Shown here piece by piece: positions 1-10,199 of a DNA stretch of 64,000 nt. A program made the position numbers and the translations under genes. The stretch lies in NCBI GenBank assembly GCA_963841435.1, contig CAWJCS010000001.1, positions 128,001 to 192,000 of the forward strand, read 5' to 3'. How positions within the stretch are numbered: the stretch's first letter is position 1; each line of letters begins with the position of its first letter. This DNA comes from an uncultured delta proteobacterium. GTDB taxonomy: Bacteria; Myxococcota_A; Polyangia; Polyangiales; Polyangiaceae. The notes under the pieces were generated by a model. The model ran no database searches, was not told the DNA's origin, and worked only from the letters and a program-made list of their open reading frames with translations.

Positions 1-1072
1 CGATAGCGAGCGGCTGTCGGTCGACGCAGGGGAGAGCGTCGCCCGCTTCTTCCCCGACGTGGGCGGTGCTCGCCACGCGCTCGAAGCGCGGCTCGGTTAC
101 GCGGACGGCAAGAAGGACGATCTGCCCGCGGACGATCGCGCCTACGCGCTCGTCCCCGAACGACGCCGCGCACGGGTGCTCGTCGTGACCCCGGGCAACA
201 CCTACCTCGAGGCGGCACTCCTGCTCGACGAGTACCTCGACGTGACCGACGTGGCGCCCTCGGAATACCCCGCGCCCGGACGCTTCGAAGCGACGATCTT
301 CGATGGCGTCGCGCCCGTGCCCGCCGCCGGGTCGGGCGGTCTCGTCTATCTGAATCCGCCGGCCGACGGCAGCCCCGTGAAGGTGGGCAAGGCGATCGAG
401 GCGTTCGGGTTCGACACCTGGGACAGAAAGAGCCCGTTGTTGCGTTTTGCCGCGATGGGCGACATCCAGGTCGCAGCGGGGCATGCGTTCGAGCCCGCTT
501 CCGGGGACAAAGTCGTCGGGGCGAGCGAGCTCGGACCCCTGCTCGTCAGCGGCTCGCGCGGCGGGCAGCGCTTCGTCGCGCTTGCGTTCGACCCGCGCAA
601 GAGTGACTTCGTGCTCCGCCCCGCGTGGCCGCTCTTCGTGCTCGACGCCATCGACTCGTTCAACGAGTCTGACGCGAGCTACCTGTCGTCGTACCGCACC
701 GGCGAAGTGTGGCGTGTCCCGGTGCCGGAGGGTGCGGAAGAAGCGGAGCTCACGGGGCCCGGCGGCGTCCAGCGTCGCGTTCCCGTCGAGGACGGTCGCG
801 CCGTCACGTTCGGCGAGCTCGCCGGCTTCTACAAGCTCGCGAGCGGCAAGGGCACGGAACGCGTCGTGAGCGAGTTCGCCGCGAACCTCTCCGACCCGAG
901 CGAGAGCCAAATCCTCCCCGAAAAGTCGCTCAAGCTCGGCACGCTCGCCGCGACGGCGCCGCCACCGCCAGCGCCCGGGCTGCGCCGCGAGATTTGGATC
1001 TGGCTGCTCGGTGCCGTGCTCGTGCTGTCACTCGTCGAGTGGATCACCTACCACCGGAGGGTCACGGTTTGA
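1..1072 (+). CDS. C-terminal part of a vWA/BatA-type membrane-anchored protein (5'-truncated)
   Basis: Frame open from the window edge; 'FPLFVLDAI'-like segment (WPLFVLDAID), 'FAANLSDPSES' and a C-terminal TM 'EIWIWLLGAVLVLSLVEWITYHRR' typical of BatA/vWA operon proteins; stop overlaps next start (TTGA). Confidence 0.7.
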   Translation, partial: DSERLSVDAGESVARFFPDVGGARHALEARLGYADGKKDDLPADDRAYALVPERRRARVLVVTPGNTYLEAALLLDEYLDVTDVAPSEYPAPGRFEATIFDGVAPVPAAGSGGLVYLNPPADGSPVKVGKAIEAFGFDTWDRKSPLLRFAAMGDIQVAAGHAFEPASGDKVVGASELGPLLVSGSRGGQRFVALAFDPRKSDFVLRPAWPLFVLDAIDSFNESDASYLSSYRTGEVWRVPVPEGAEEAELTGPGGVQRRVPVEDGRAVTFGELAGFYKLASGKGTERVVSEFAANLSDPSESQILPEKSLKLGTLAATAPPPPAPGLRREIWIWLLGAVLVLSLVEWITYHRRVTV

Positions 1073-3819
1073 GCCCGCGTGGGCGCCGCCTTCTGTATTG
1101 GCTCGGGGCGCTCGCGCTCGGGGTGCTGCTCGTCGTCGGCTACCGAACCTTGATGGGCGCGGCGGGCGGTGGCTCGCTCGCGTGGGCGCGCGGCGGCATC
1201 CACTACGAGCTCGTCCAGCCCGGCGTGCTCGCCGTGCTCTTCGTCCTGCCCATTTTCGTGCTCGTCCTGTCGCGCTCGCTCGCGGACCTGCCGCTCGCGC
1301 AGCGCCTGCTCGCGCTCGTGTTTCGCTTCGCGTTCTTCGCGTTGCTCGCGCTCGCTCTCGCGCGGCTCGTGCGCACCGAGGACGCCCACAACGTCGCCAC
1401 GGTCGTGCTCGTGGACGTGAGCGATTCGGTTTCGGACGAGGCGCTCTCCGACGCCAAAAAGAGCGTCGAGGGCTTCTTCGCGGCGCGCGGCCCAAAGGAC
1501 GTCATGCGCCTCGTCACGTTCGCGAAGCGTCCACGCCTCGTCGACCTCGAGAAGGACGGGAAGCTCGTCTGGCCCGGCAGCTTGCGTCACGGAGTGCGCG
1601 GCTCGCCCGCGAGCGCCGCCACCAACGTGCAGACGGCGTTCGAGCTCGCTTACGGCCTTTTTCCACCGGGGCGCCTCAAGCGCCTCGTGCTCCTCAGCGA
1701 CGGCGTCGAGACGGAGGGCGACCTCTTGTCGGAGGCGGCGCGGGCGCGCGAGCTCGGCGTGCGCGTGCACACGCTGCCGTACCGGCGCCCGCCGCCCGCC
1801 GAGGTGGCGGTCGTGGCGTTGCGGCTGCCCGGCAAGGTCGACGTGGGGCAAGCCTTCGACGTGTCGGCCGACGTGTACGCGAGCCGGGCGGGCAAGGCCC
1901 GGGTCCGGCTCTACCAGGGCGAGGCGCTGAACGGTCTCGACGGCGTACGCGAGGTGAGCCTCCGCCCTGGCATGAACGAGATCACCTTCAAGTCCGTGGT
2001 GCGGGTCGGCGGGGAGCTCACCTACGAGCTCAAGCTCGAGCCGCTCACGCCGGACGAGTTTTCCGCGAACAACGCCTACGTCGCGACCCTGGACGTGCCG
2101 GGGCGGCCTACCGTGCTCTACGTCGAGGGGCAGCCATCGCGCGCCCACTATCTCCAGGGCGCGCTCGCCGCGCAGCAATTCGACGTCGACGTACGCGCCG
2201 CGGCCTCCTTCCCCGCGACGCTCCGCGAGCTCGAGCGCTACGACTTCGTGATCGTCTCCGACGTGCCGCGCGAGGGGCTGAACCCCGCAGCCCAGGAGCT
2301 CGTCGAGAAGTACGTGCGCGACCTCGGCGGCGGCTTCCTGTTCGCGGGCGGCGACTCGGGGTTCGGGCTCGGCGGCTGGGGCCACACCACCTTCGAGCGC
2401 CTGCTCCCCGTGCGCATGGACACCGAGCGTCGCAAGGAAATGCCCGATGTCGCGATGGCTCTGGTCATCGATCGGTCAGGCTCGATGACGGGTCTGCCCA
2501 TGGAGATGGCGAAGGCTGCCTGCATCGCGACGCTCAGCGCGCTAAGGCCCGACGATCTGCTCGAGGTGGTCGCATTCGACTCCACACCGAGTCGCTACGT
2601 GAAGCTTCAGCCGGCTCGCTATCGGAGCCGTATCGAGAGCGACGTCGAGCGCATCCAGCCCGGCGGCGGCACCGTGATCTTCGAGAGCCTCGACATGGCC
2701 TACCAGGATCTTTCGGTCGTCCGTGCGCGGCGCAAGCACGTTATTTTGCTCACCGATGGCCAAGCGTCGCCCCAGGGTATTCGCGAGCTGACGCAGGCCA
2801 TGGTCGCCTCCTCGATCACCGTCACGACGGTGGGCCTCGGCGAGGGCGTCAATCAGGAGCTCTTGCGCACGATCGCCGACGCGGGCGGCGGCCGCTTCCA
2901 CTACGTGCCCGACCCCAACAGCCTGCCCAAGATCTTCACGCGCGAGACCGAGCTCGTCTCCGAGCAGGCGGGCGTGGAGGAATGGTTTCCCGTGACGCAG
3001 GTGGGCCCCGCGGATTTCTTGAAAGGCATCGCCATCGGCTCGGCGCCTCTGCTCCACGGCTACGTCGCGACGGATCTCAAGCCGCCGCCCGCGCAGTCGA
3101 TCCTCGAAAGCGACCGCGGCGACCCCATCCTCGCACGCTGGCGCGCGGGGCTCGGCTGGGCCATCGCCTGGACGAGCGACGTGAAGAACCACTGGGCTTC
3201 GGAGTGGCTCGGCTGGTCCGGCTACACGAAATTCTGGGGCCAGCTCGTGCGCGAGCACATGCGCCAGAATCGCCGTCAGGAGCTCGACATGACCACCGAC
3301 GTGCACGGCTCGCACGTTCGCGCCACGGTCGACGCCTTCACCGCCGACGAGCGTTTCGACGACGGGCTCGAGTCGTCGCTCGTCGTGAGCCGCCCGGACA
3401 AGCCGAAGGAGCGTCGCGAGCTTGCCATGCGTCAGGTCGCCCCGGGTCGCTACCAGGCGGAGTTCGACCTCTCCGGGTACGGCTCGTATCTGTTGCGCGC
3501 GCAGCATGCTCGTCGCGATCGCGACGGCACGAAGAAGGCCTTCGCGACGAGCGTCGCGCACGTGTCCAACCCCTACCCGCTAGAGTACGCGAGCTTCGAG
3601 GCCGACATCGACAAGCTGCGCCGCGCCGCTCTCGTCGGCGGTGGCGTGCTCGACCCCGCGCCGAAGGTGCCCTTCGATCCCGGCGACGAGAAGATCAGCT
3701 ACCAGCGCGATCTGTGGGACCGCTTCGTGCTCGCGGCGATCGTCGCCTTCCTGCTCGACCTCTTGGTGCGTCGCGTCAGGATTTTCGATCGCAAGGCCGT
3801 GCTCGTCGAGAGAAAATAA
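1069..3819 (+). CDS. Double vWA-domain membrane protein with glutamine-amidotransferase-like middle domain
   Basis: Two MIDAS motifs (DVSDS...SDG; DRSGS...TDG), N-terminal TM helices, 'YDFVIVSDV...GGGFLFAGG' GATase-like region, C-terminal TM; TTG start at 1069 inferred from overlap with upstream stop. Confidence 0.8.
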   Translation: MSPRGRRLLYWLGALALGVLLVVGYRTLMGAAGGGSLAWARGGIHYELVQPGVLAVLFVLPIFVLVLSRSLADLPLAQRLLALVFRFAFFALLALALARLVRTEDAHNVATVVLVDVSDSVSDEALSDAKKSVEGFFAARGPKDVMRLVTFAKRPRLVDLEKDGKLVWPGSLRHGVRGSPASAATNVQTAFELAYGLFPPGRLKRLVLLSDGVETEGDLLSEAARARELGVRVHTLPYRRPPPAEVAVVALRLPGKVDVGQAFDVSADVYASRAGKARVRLYQGEALNGLDGVREVSLRPGMNEITFKSVVRVGGELTYELKLEPLTPDEFSANNAYVATLDVPGRPTVLYVEGQPSRAHYLQGALAAQQFDVDVRAAASFPATLRELERYDFVIVSDVPREGLNPAAQELVEKYVRDLGGGFLFAGGDSGFGLGGWGHTTFERLLPVRMDTERRKEMPDVAMALVIDRSGSMTGLPMEMAKAACIATLSALRPDDLLEVVAFDSTPSRYVKLQPARYRSRIESDVERIQPGGGTVIFESLDMAYQDLSVVRARRKHVILLTDGQASPQGIRELTQAMVASSITVTTVGLGEGVNQELLRTIADAGGGRFHYVPDPNSLPKIFTRETELVSEQAGVEEWFPVTQVGPADFLKGIAIGSAPLLHGYVATDLKPPPAQSILESDRGDPILARWRAGLGWAIAWTSDVKNHWASEWLGWSGYTKFWGQLVREHMRQNRRQELDMTTDVHGSHVRATVDAFTADERFDDGLESSLVVSRPDKPKERRELAMRQVAPGRYQAEFDLSGYGSYLLRAQHARRDRDGTKKAFATSVAHVSNPYPLEYASFEADIDKLRRAALVGGGVLDPAPKVPFDPGDEKISYQRDLWDRFVLAAIVAFLLDLLVRRVRIFDRKAVLVERK

Positions 3820-3890
3820 GCGGCGCACCGCCGTCCGGTGCGCGCGATCCCGCGCCGCGCCGCGCCGCGTCTTTCGACGTTCGCGCCGCG

Positions 3891-4280
3891 TCACGCGGGC
3901 GCGTGGCACACGACCTCGACGTTGTGACCGTCGGGATCGAGCACGAACGCGCCGTAGTAGTTCTGGTGGTAGTGCGGGCGGGGGCCAGGCGGTCCGTTGT
4001 CGCGCCCGCCGGCCGCGATCGCGGCCCGGTAGAATGCGTCGACGAGCTCTCGCTTGCCGACTCCGAAGGCGACGTGAACGTGCGGCGCGTTGGGCGCGCC
4101 CTGCGCGAGCCAAAAGTCCGGCTTTTTCGTGGCAAGCTCGCCGAACCCCGCCACGTCCCTCCCCACCTGGGCCGCACTGAGCTCCATGAGCACGCCGTAA
4201 CCGATGGGCGCGAGCGCTGCCTCGTAGAACGCCTTGCTCTTCTGAAAATTGCTAGCGTTGAACCCCGTGTGATCGATCAT
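3891..4280 (-). CDS. VOC/glyoxalase family protein
   Basis: MIDHTG...SKAFYEAALAPIG...HVAF...VDAFYRAAIAAGGRDNGPPGPRPHYHQNYYGAFVLDPDGHNVEVVCH. Confidence 0.9.
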   Translation of the reverse strand: MIDHTGFNASNFQKSKAFYEAALAPIGYGVLMELSAAQVGRDVAGFGELATKKPDFWLAQGAPNAPHVHVAFGVGKRELVDAFYRAAIAAGGRDNGPPGPRPHYHQNYYGAFVLDPDGHNVEVVCHAPA

Positions 4281-4385
4281 GGCTTTTCGATCGGTCGGGC
4301 CCGGCGTGCCGTCAAGGGAGCGGCGCAACAGGCATGCTCTTCCGAGGTACCGCGCCTGGCTCTCGCAAGCCTCGCATGGTAAGGA

Positions 4386-5267
4386 TTGCACCGGGTGGCG
4401 AGGCGCTTGGGCAACACGGTCGCATCGAAGCTCCGAGCGCGCTTCGTGCTGGCCGCGCGCGCGGCGTGGCTCGTCGCCCTCGTGCTCGGCGCTGGGCTCG
4501 CGAGCCAGGCCTGTGGTGCGCGCACCGACCTCTACCTCGACGAAATGGTCCCCGTCGAAGAGGACGTCCCCTGTGAGGAAGGCGACATCGCGCCCTGCGG
4601 CAGCGACGTGGGGGCATGCCACAAGGGGCAGCGCGTCTGCGTGGACGGCCTGCTCGGCCCCTGCGAGGGAGGTGTCGGCCCGACGGTGGAGACGTGCAAC
4701 GGCCTCGACGACGATTGCGACGGAAGCGTCGACGAGGGGTTCGGCCTCGGCGAGGCTTGTGACGGCGCCGACTCGGACCTTTGCAAGGACGACGTGATGA
4801 CCTGCGCGGGCTGCTCCCGGGGTCCGGACACGCTCGAGGTTTGCAACGGCGTCAACGACGACTGCGACGGCATCATCGACTCGGATTGCGAGGCCGGAAG
4901 CTGTAGCCCCACGTTGAACGTGACGGGCTCGCAGCCGTCCGAACCGAGCTGCGTCGACTTCCCCGTCCAGCGCGGGAGCGCGGGGACCATCAACTACCCT
5001 TGCGGGGGCGGACCCGTCACCGCCACCCTCGGCAGCGTCTCGTTCTCGGGCTCGGTCGACGGGGGTTTCGTGTCGCTCGAGGGCACCGAGATCATCGGCA
5101 GCGACCGGAGCCCGGACGGCTGCGTCTGGCAGACGGGGCACCGCATCTTCGGCGACGTAAGCTCCGGCATGCTCTCCTACGAGTACACCGAGATTTTCAT
5201 CGAGGGCGTGAACTGCTGGCGGCCCTGCACCGAGTCCGGCACCGTCGCGCTTTCGTGGACGCGCTGA
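4386..5267 (+). CDS. Cys-rich lipoprotein with MopE-like putative metal-binding repeats
   Basis: Lipobox-like LASQAC; repeats ETCNGLDDDCDGSVDE and EVCNGVNDDCDGIID; true start may be GTG 4395. Confidence 0.75.
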   Translation: MHRVARRLGNTVASKLRARFVLAARAAWLVALVLGAGLASQACGARTDLYLDEMVPVEEDVPCEEGDIAPCGSDVGACHKGQRVCVDGLLGPCEGGVGPTVETCNGLDDDCDGSVDEGFGLGEACDGADSDLCKDDVMTCAGCSRGPDTLEVCNGVNDDCDGIIDSDCEAGSCSPTLNVTGSQPSEPSCVDFPVQRGSAGTINYPCGGGPVTATLGSVSFSGSVDGGFVSLEGTEIIGSDRSPDGCVWQTGHRIFGDVSSGMLSYEYTEIFIEGVNCWRPCTESGTVALSWTR

Positions 5268-5370
5268 GCTCGCCGGGGCCACCCGCCGGCGCGCGGCGTT
5301 TCACACCTTTGTCTCTCGCGAGCTTGCGCTACCGTTCGCTCATGTCAGCCGCACGCTATCAAGGTGGACC

Positions 5371-6054
5371 ATGAGCAAGACGGCGCTCGTCGCCGGGGCA
5401 GGCGGTGCGCTCGGCTCCGCCATCTGTCGAGAGCTTGGCGCACGCGGATACCGCGTGCTCGGCGCGTCGCGGCACAGAGGTCGCCTTTCGTCCGAGCTTG
5501 GTGACCTCGCGGAGCCCGTCGAGATGGAGCTCGGTTCACCAGCGTCCGTTGCTGCCGCTCTGGCCGCCGCCGGTCGCGTCGATGTGCTCGTCTACAATGC
5601 CGCGAAGCTCGTCTTGGCACCGCTCGGCGAGACCACGCCCGCGGCGTTCGAGGAAAGCTTTCGTGTCAATGCGTTCGGTGCGTTCGCTTGCGCTCGTGAG
5701 CTCGCCCCTCAAATGGTGGAGCGCGGTGAGGGTGGGATGGTGTTCGTCGGCGCGACGGGATCGGTGAGGGGCGGCGCGCGCAGTCACGCCTTCGCGTCGT
5801 CCAAGCACGCGCTGCGCGGCCTCGCCCATAGTCTCGCCAAGGAGCTTGGCCCACGCGGGGTTCACGTGGCTCATCTGATCATCGACGGCAAGATCTGGGG
5901 CCCGCGCACGCTCGAGCGCTTTCCGGGCACGGTGCGCGAGCAATGCATCGAGCCCGCCGAGGTCGCGCGGACCATCGCCACGCTGCTCGCTCAGCCCCCT
6001 TCGGCGTGGACTTTCGAGATGGACCTCCGGCCGTCCGTCGAGAAATGGTCGTAG
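5371..6054 (+). CDS. Short-chain dehydrogenase/reductase
   Basis: GAGGALG Rossmann motif, VLVYNA, FASSKHALRGLAHSLAKELGPRGVHVAHLIIDG, C-terminal WTFEMDLRP. Confidence 0.9.
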   Translation: MSKTALVAGAGGALGSAICRELGARGYRVLGASRHRGRLSSELGDLAEPVEMELGSPASVAAALAAAGRVDVLVYNAAKLVLAPLGETTPAAFEESFRVNAFGAFACARELAPQMVERGEGGMVFVGATGSVRGGARSHAFASSKHALRGLAHSLAKELGPRGVHVAHLIIDGKIWGPRTLERFPGTVREQCIEPAEVARTIATLLAQPPSAWTFEMDLRPSVEKWS

Positions 6055-6244
6055 CTCAAATGAATTTCCGCGGCGGAGCGGTTCTCGCGCAGGGCTGAAA
6101 AATGTCTGGTAAATTGGAAGGTTGGAGACTTCCGAGCCTCTCCGGTCGAATCGGTCTCTTGCGCGGATCGCGCCCGGAATCATCGCAGAATGCTCCCGAG
6201 CGGGGGTGGTGATGGGCGAACCAATAGGGTGTAAAGTCCGCCGG

Positions 6245-6832
6245 ATGGCCGTTCCAGAGGGTGCTCGGAGGATGTTGGCGCGGCTCGCGCTGCTGGCTCT
6301 CGTCACTTCGGCGTGCGGCGGGGCCCAGCCCGCTGCCACGAGCGCCGACGACGCGTCGGCCGACGATGTCTCGCAAGGTGACGGCGAGCAGCCCGAGAGC
6401 TCGAGCTCGAGCGAGCCCGACGACAACGTGCGTGAACGCGGAGGGCTCAAGTCGGCCACCGGTGGTCCCGCGCCCGAGGCGCTTGCCGGTGACGCCACGC
6501 ACGCCGTGCTGCAGCTCGTCATCGACGACCCCGAGCTCGACCCGTACCTCAAGCTCGGCGAGCCCGGTCGGTTCCCGCTCAAGCTTTCCGGCAGCGGGGT
6601 GCCCCAGGGCGTCGAGCTCGTGAAGTCGACGAAGCCCGTGGTCATCGTCGCTGCGCCGTCCTCGAAGACGGACCCGGTGCTCGTCATCACCGATCTCGAG
6701 GTGAGCGAAAACGCTGCGACGGTGAGCTATCGCTACGACATCGAGGGCATCCGCGGGACCGCTCATCTGAAGAAGGGACCGCAGGGCTGGGAGCTGACGC
6801 GAAGCCGGATCGTCGAGCACTACTCGAAGTAG
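6245..6832 (+). CDS. Hypothetical lipoprotein
   Basis: Lipobox LVTSAC, acidic linker, compact C-terminal domain; GC3-biased codons. Confidence 0.65.
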   Translation: MAVPEGARRMLARLALLALVTSACGGAQPAATSADDASADDVSQGDGEQPESSSSSEPDDNVRERGGLKSATGGPAPEALAGDATHAVLQLVIDDPELDPYLKLGEPGRFPLKLSGSGVPQGVELVKSTKPVVIVAAPSSKTDPVLVITDLEVSENAATVSYRYDIEGIRGTAHLKKGPQGWELTRSRIVEHYSK

Positions 6833-6895
6833 CGAGCCGACAATTGCTCCGTTTCGCTTTGTACCTGTGTTAGTGCGTGTGCCCGAGACAGAGCC

Positions 6896-8491
6896 ATGAA
6901 GCGATCTCGACTGATCGGGCGGGCCATTCCTTTCGTGTTCTCGGCGGTCCTCGTGCAAAGCGCGTGGGCCCAAGCTCCGACCGCCGCACCGCCCGCGGCG
7001 CCACCACCCAAACCCGCGGCGCCACCACCCAAGCCTGCGGTGCCGGCGCCCGCACCCGCTGCGCCAGCCCCCGCGCCGACGGCGCCGTCGCCCGTCGCCC
7101 CGGGTCCCGCGGCGCCGTCGCCCGTCGCTCCCGCCACGGCGCCGGCTCCGCCCGCCGAAACGCCCGCGCCCGCCGAGCCGGTCCCGGCGGCTCCTGCCCC
7201 CGTCAAGCCCGTCGAGCCCGAGCCCGTCATCATGGCCGAGCCCGTGCTCCATCCCGTCCCGCCCGAGCCGGACTCGTTGCCCTGGTACGACTCGATCGAG
7301 CTTCGCGCCTTCGTCGATGGCTACTTCGGCCTGAACTACGATTTTCCAAAGCCGCAGACCGGCGCCAACGGCGTCACGCGCGCGTACGATACCGAGAACG
7401 GCTTTGCCATTGCCTGGGCCGGCCTCGATGCGGCGTACCCCGCCGAGCCCGTCGGCGGGACGATCTCGCTCAGACTCGGGCCGTCGGCCCAGCGCATCGG
7501 TCGAAGCTGCCTCACAGCGGCTGACGACCCGCCGGGGGTCTGCGACGACGAGGTGAATCTCAGCAACCTCAAGCAGGCCTTCGGCTCGTGGCGGCCGGGC
7601 GGCGCAGGAGGTCCGGTCGAGCTCAGCCTGGGGAAATTCGACACGATCTACGGAGCCGAGGTCGCGGAGAGTCAGGACGACCTGAACTACACGCGCGGCG
7701 TCGTGTACTGGTTCGCGCAGCCACTCTTCCACACCGGCCTCAGGGTGACGGCCGACCTCACCGACGAGCTCACGCTGCGCGGGCTGCTCGTGAACGGCTA
7801 CAACAACACGATCGACAACAACCTCGGCAAGGACCTCGGGCTGCAGCTCGTCTTCAACCTGCCGCGGAGCGACTACGGTGGGACGTTGCTTTCCGTGTCG
7901 CTCGGCTACCTCGGTGGGCCGGAACGCGCGGACTACAAGGTCGTGCGATGCGGTGTCGGGCAGCACTTCGATCCTGCTGCCGAGCTGGGCTGCGCCGCCG
8001 ACGTTCCGACCACGCCCAGTGACGCGCCGCGCACGGGGCAGGTGGACCGCCCGGCCACGAACGTCCAGGGCCTGAGACACCTGCTCGATCTCGTGGCGAC
8101 GCTGACACCGACCGACGCCTTCACGCTGCTGTTCAACGGGGATCTCGGCGTCGAGCGCGTGCGGAGCGCGGAGGACGAGCAGCGCTTCGTCCAGCACGTC
8201 TTTTGGGGCGGTATGCTCGGCGCTCGCTACGCGTTCAACGACGTCTTCGCGCTCGCCGCCCGCGGCGAGTACTTCAGTGACCCGGACGGCGTCGCTACCG
8301 GCTTCTCCCCGAACGACATCAAGCTCGTCACGGGAACGCTCACGCTCGACGTGCGACCCGCCGACTTCCTCCTCGTCCGCCTCGACAATCGCATCGACTG
8401 GTCGAACAAGGAAATCTTCCACAAATCGGTGCGCGATCTCACGGGCGTGATGCCCACGACGACGCTCGGCGTCATCGTGACCACGGACTGA
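6896..8491 (+). CDS. Outer-membrane beta-barrel porin (putative beta-barrel porin-2/OmpL-like) with Pro/Ala-rich N-terminus
   Basis: Signal peptide (AWAQ), about 100-aa Pro/Ala linker, motifs NLKQAF, LGKFDTIYGAEVAES, NYTRG, PLFHTGLR, VNGYNN, ARGEYFSD. Confidence 0.75.
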   Translation: MKRSRLIGRAIPFVFSAVLVQSAWAQAPTAAPPAAPPPKPAAPPPKPAVPAPAPAAPAPAPTAPSPVAPGPAAPSPVAPATAPAPPAETPAPAEPVPAAPAPVKPVEPEPVIMAEPVLHPVPPEPDSLPWYDSIELRAFVDGYFGLNYDFPKPQTGANGVTRAYDTENGFAIAWAGLDAAYPAEPVGGTISLRLGPSAQRIGRSCLTAADDPPGVCDDEVNLSNLKQAFGSWRPGGAGGPVELSLGKFDTIYGAEVAESQDDLNYTRGVVYWFAQPLFHTGLRVTADLTDELTLRGLLVNGYNNTIDNNLGKDLGLQLVFNLPRSDYGGTLLSVSLGYLGGPERADYKVVRCGVGQHFDPAAELGCAADVPTTPSDAPRTGQVDRPATNVQGLRHLLDLVATLTPTDAFTLLFNGDLGVERVRSAEDEQRFVQHVFWGGMLGARYAFNDVFALAARGEYFSDPDGVATGFSPNDIKLVTGTLTLDVRPADFLLVRLDNRIDWSNKEIFHKSVRDLTGVMPTTTLGVIVTTD

Positions 8492-8522
8492 GCATCGCCC
8501 TCGGGCGTGCTATACCCCCGGC

Positions 8523-9422
8523 GTGTCGACCGCCCGGCCTTCCCGCATCGGAGAGCTCGAGTCCGCCATCGATCAGGTAGTCTCGAGCTACGACGGCGGC
8601 GAAGAGATCAACAACCTCGAGAGCGCGGCGCTGCCCAACAAGCGCGCCGTCATTCAGGCGCTGAACCACCTGAAGCCCGTCATCTACATGGGCTTTTACA
8701 GTCAGCGCTCGTTGACGCGCGAGAGCCTGCGCTACGGCGTGAGCGAGCACCTTTATCCGGCCTACGAGGCGCTCGTCGAACAGATCGGTCGCGCCGTGAC
8801 CTACGAGGAGCGCGTACGGGGGCAGCCGCCGCGCGACGTGGGCTGGCCCGAAGAGGTCGTGCTGCGCCTGTTTGGGTGCATCCCGGAGCTCCGGCGCGTC
8901 CTCAACGCCGACGTGCTCGCCGCCTACGAGGGCGACCCGGCCGCGAGCAGCATCGAAGAGATCGTGTTCAGCTACCCGGCCGTCGAGGCGATCACCGATC
9001 ATCGCCTCGCGCATGCCCTGCACCAGGAGGGCGTTCCGATCATTCCGCGCATCATCGCGTACCACGCGCACGAGCGCACCGGCGTCAACATCCACCCTGG
9101 CGCGACCATCGCGCAGGGGTTCTTCATGGACCACGCCACGGGCGTCGTGATCGGCGAGACGGCGGTCATCGGGCGAAACGTGAAAATTTATCAAGGCGTC
9201 ACGCTCGGGGCGGTCAGCACGCGGCGCACCGAGGTCGATCAGCCGGTCGCGCGCAAGCGCCACCCCACGATCGAGGACGGCGTGACGATCTACGCTGGCG
9301 CGACGATCCTCGGCGGCGACACGGTGATCGGTCGGGGCTCGGTGATCGGCGGCAACGTCTGGCTCACGAAGTCCGTGCCGCCCGGTTCGAAGATCTTCGG
9401 TCGCGCCCGCGAAGGCGAGTGA
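8523..9422 (+). CDS. cysE: Serine O-acetyltransferase
   Basis: AAYEGDPAA, SYPAVEAITDHRLAHAL, TGVNIHPGATI, DHATGVVIGETAVIG, YQGVTLG, KRHPTIED hexapeptide region. Confidence 0.9.
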   Translation: MSTARPSRIGELESAIDQVVSSYDGGEEINNLESAALPNKRAVIQALNHLKPVIYMGFYSQRSLTRESLRYGVSEHLYPAYEALVEQIGRAVTYEERVRGQPPRDVGWPEEVVLRLFGCIPELRRVLNADVLAAYEGDPAASSIEEIVFSYPAVEAITDHRLAHALHQEGVPIIPRIIAYHAHERTGVNIHPGATIAQGFFMDHATGVVIGETAVIGRNVKIYQGVTLGAVSTRRTEVDQPVARKRHPTIEDGVTIYAGATILGGDTVIGRGSVIGGNVWLTKSVPPGSKIFGRAREGE

Positions 9423-9444
9423 GCGGTCTCCCCCGAGGGGGGCG

Positions 9445-10169
9445 TCATCTCTCGACGCGGAACGGCAGACCGGCCGGAAAACGTCGCGCGGCTCCCAGCC
9501 GAGCAGCCGCTTGGCGGGCTCGAGATCGAAAGCGTCCACGCTTTCGGGGCCCACGGCGTAAAGGACGCAGAAGGGGAGCGATGCGACTTCCACCGCCGCC
9601 GCCATGAAACGCCCGACGTCACCGCGGCTCAAGTACGCGTTGAAGTAGCCGATGCGCTTCATCTGCTCGGCCTCGTGTTCGTTGCGCACCATCCAGCCGA
9701 TGCGCACGGCGGCGATACTCATGCCGTGGCGCCGCGCGTAGAACGCGCCGAGCTCTTCGGCCCAGAGCTTGGTGAGCGCATAGAGATTGCCCGGCTTTCG
9801 CACCGCGGCATCGAGGCGGTGGCCCGGCTCGCGGGGTCCCGCGACTTGCACCGAGCTGGCGAGCACGACCCGGCCCACGCCGTGCTCGCGCGCGGCTTCG
9901 AGCACGTGATGGACCCCGAGCAGGTTCGGGCCCGACAGCGTCTCAATCGGCGCGTCATTCGGCTCGGCGGCGAGGTGCACGACGGCCGTCATCCCGGCGA
10001 CCGCCCGGCGCACCGTGTCCGCGTCGGCGATGTCGCCGACGACGGCGTCGGCGAGCTCCGGGGTGGGAACGCGGTCGAACCCGCGCACGACATGGCCCCG
10101 CCGCACGAGCTCCTCCCACACGGGGCGCCCGACGGCGCCAGCCGAGCCTGTCACGAGCACGCGGTGCAT
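9445..10169 (-). CDS. NAD-dependent epimerase/dehydratase (uronate-dehydrogenase-like), apparent 1-nt frameshift near the 3' end
   Basis: MHRVLVTGSAGAVG, YALTK (YxxxK), VRIGW; as written the frame runs 1 kb antisense through cysE, but adding one base at about 9475-9481 gives ...DVFPAGLPFRVER-stop at 9445. Confidence 0.75.
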
Positions 10170-10199
10170 CGAATGCGCTAGGGTCCCTCCTACCACGTC

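Noticed and set aside
1011-4382. 1123-aa plus-strand ORF and many similar long Arg/Ala-rich ORFs
   Set aside because: Alternative frames of real genes; stop codons are rare in high-GC DNA and no family motifs are present
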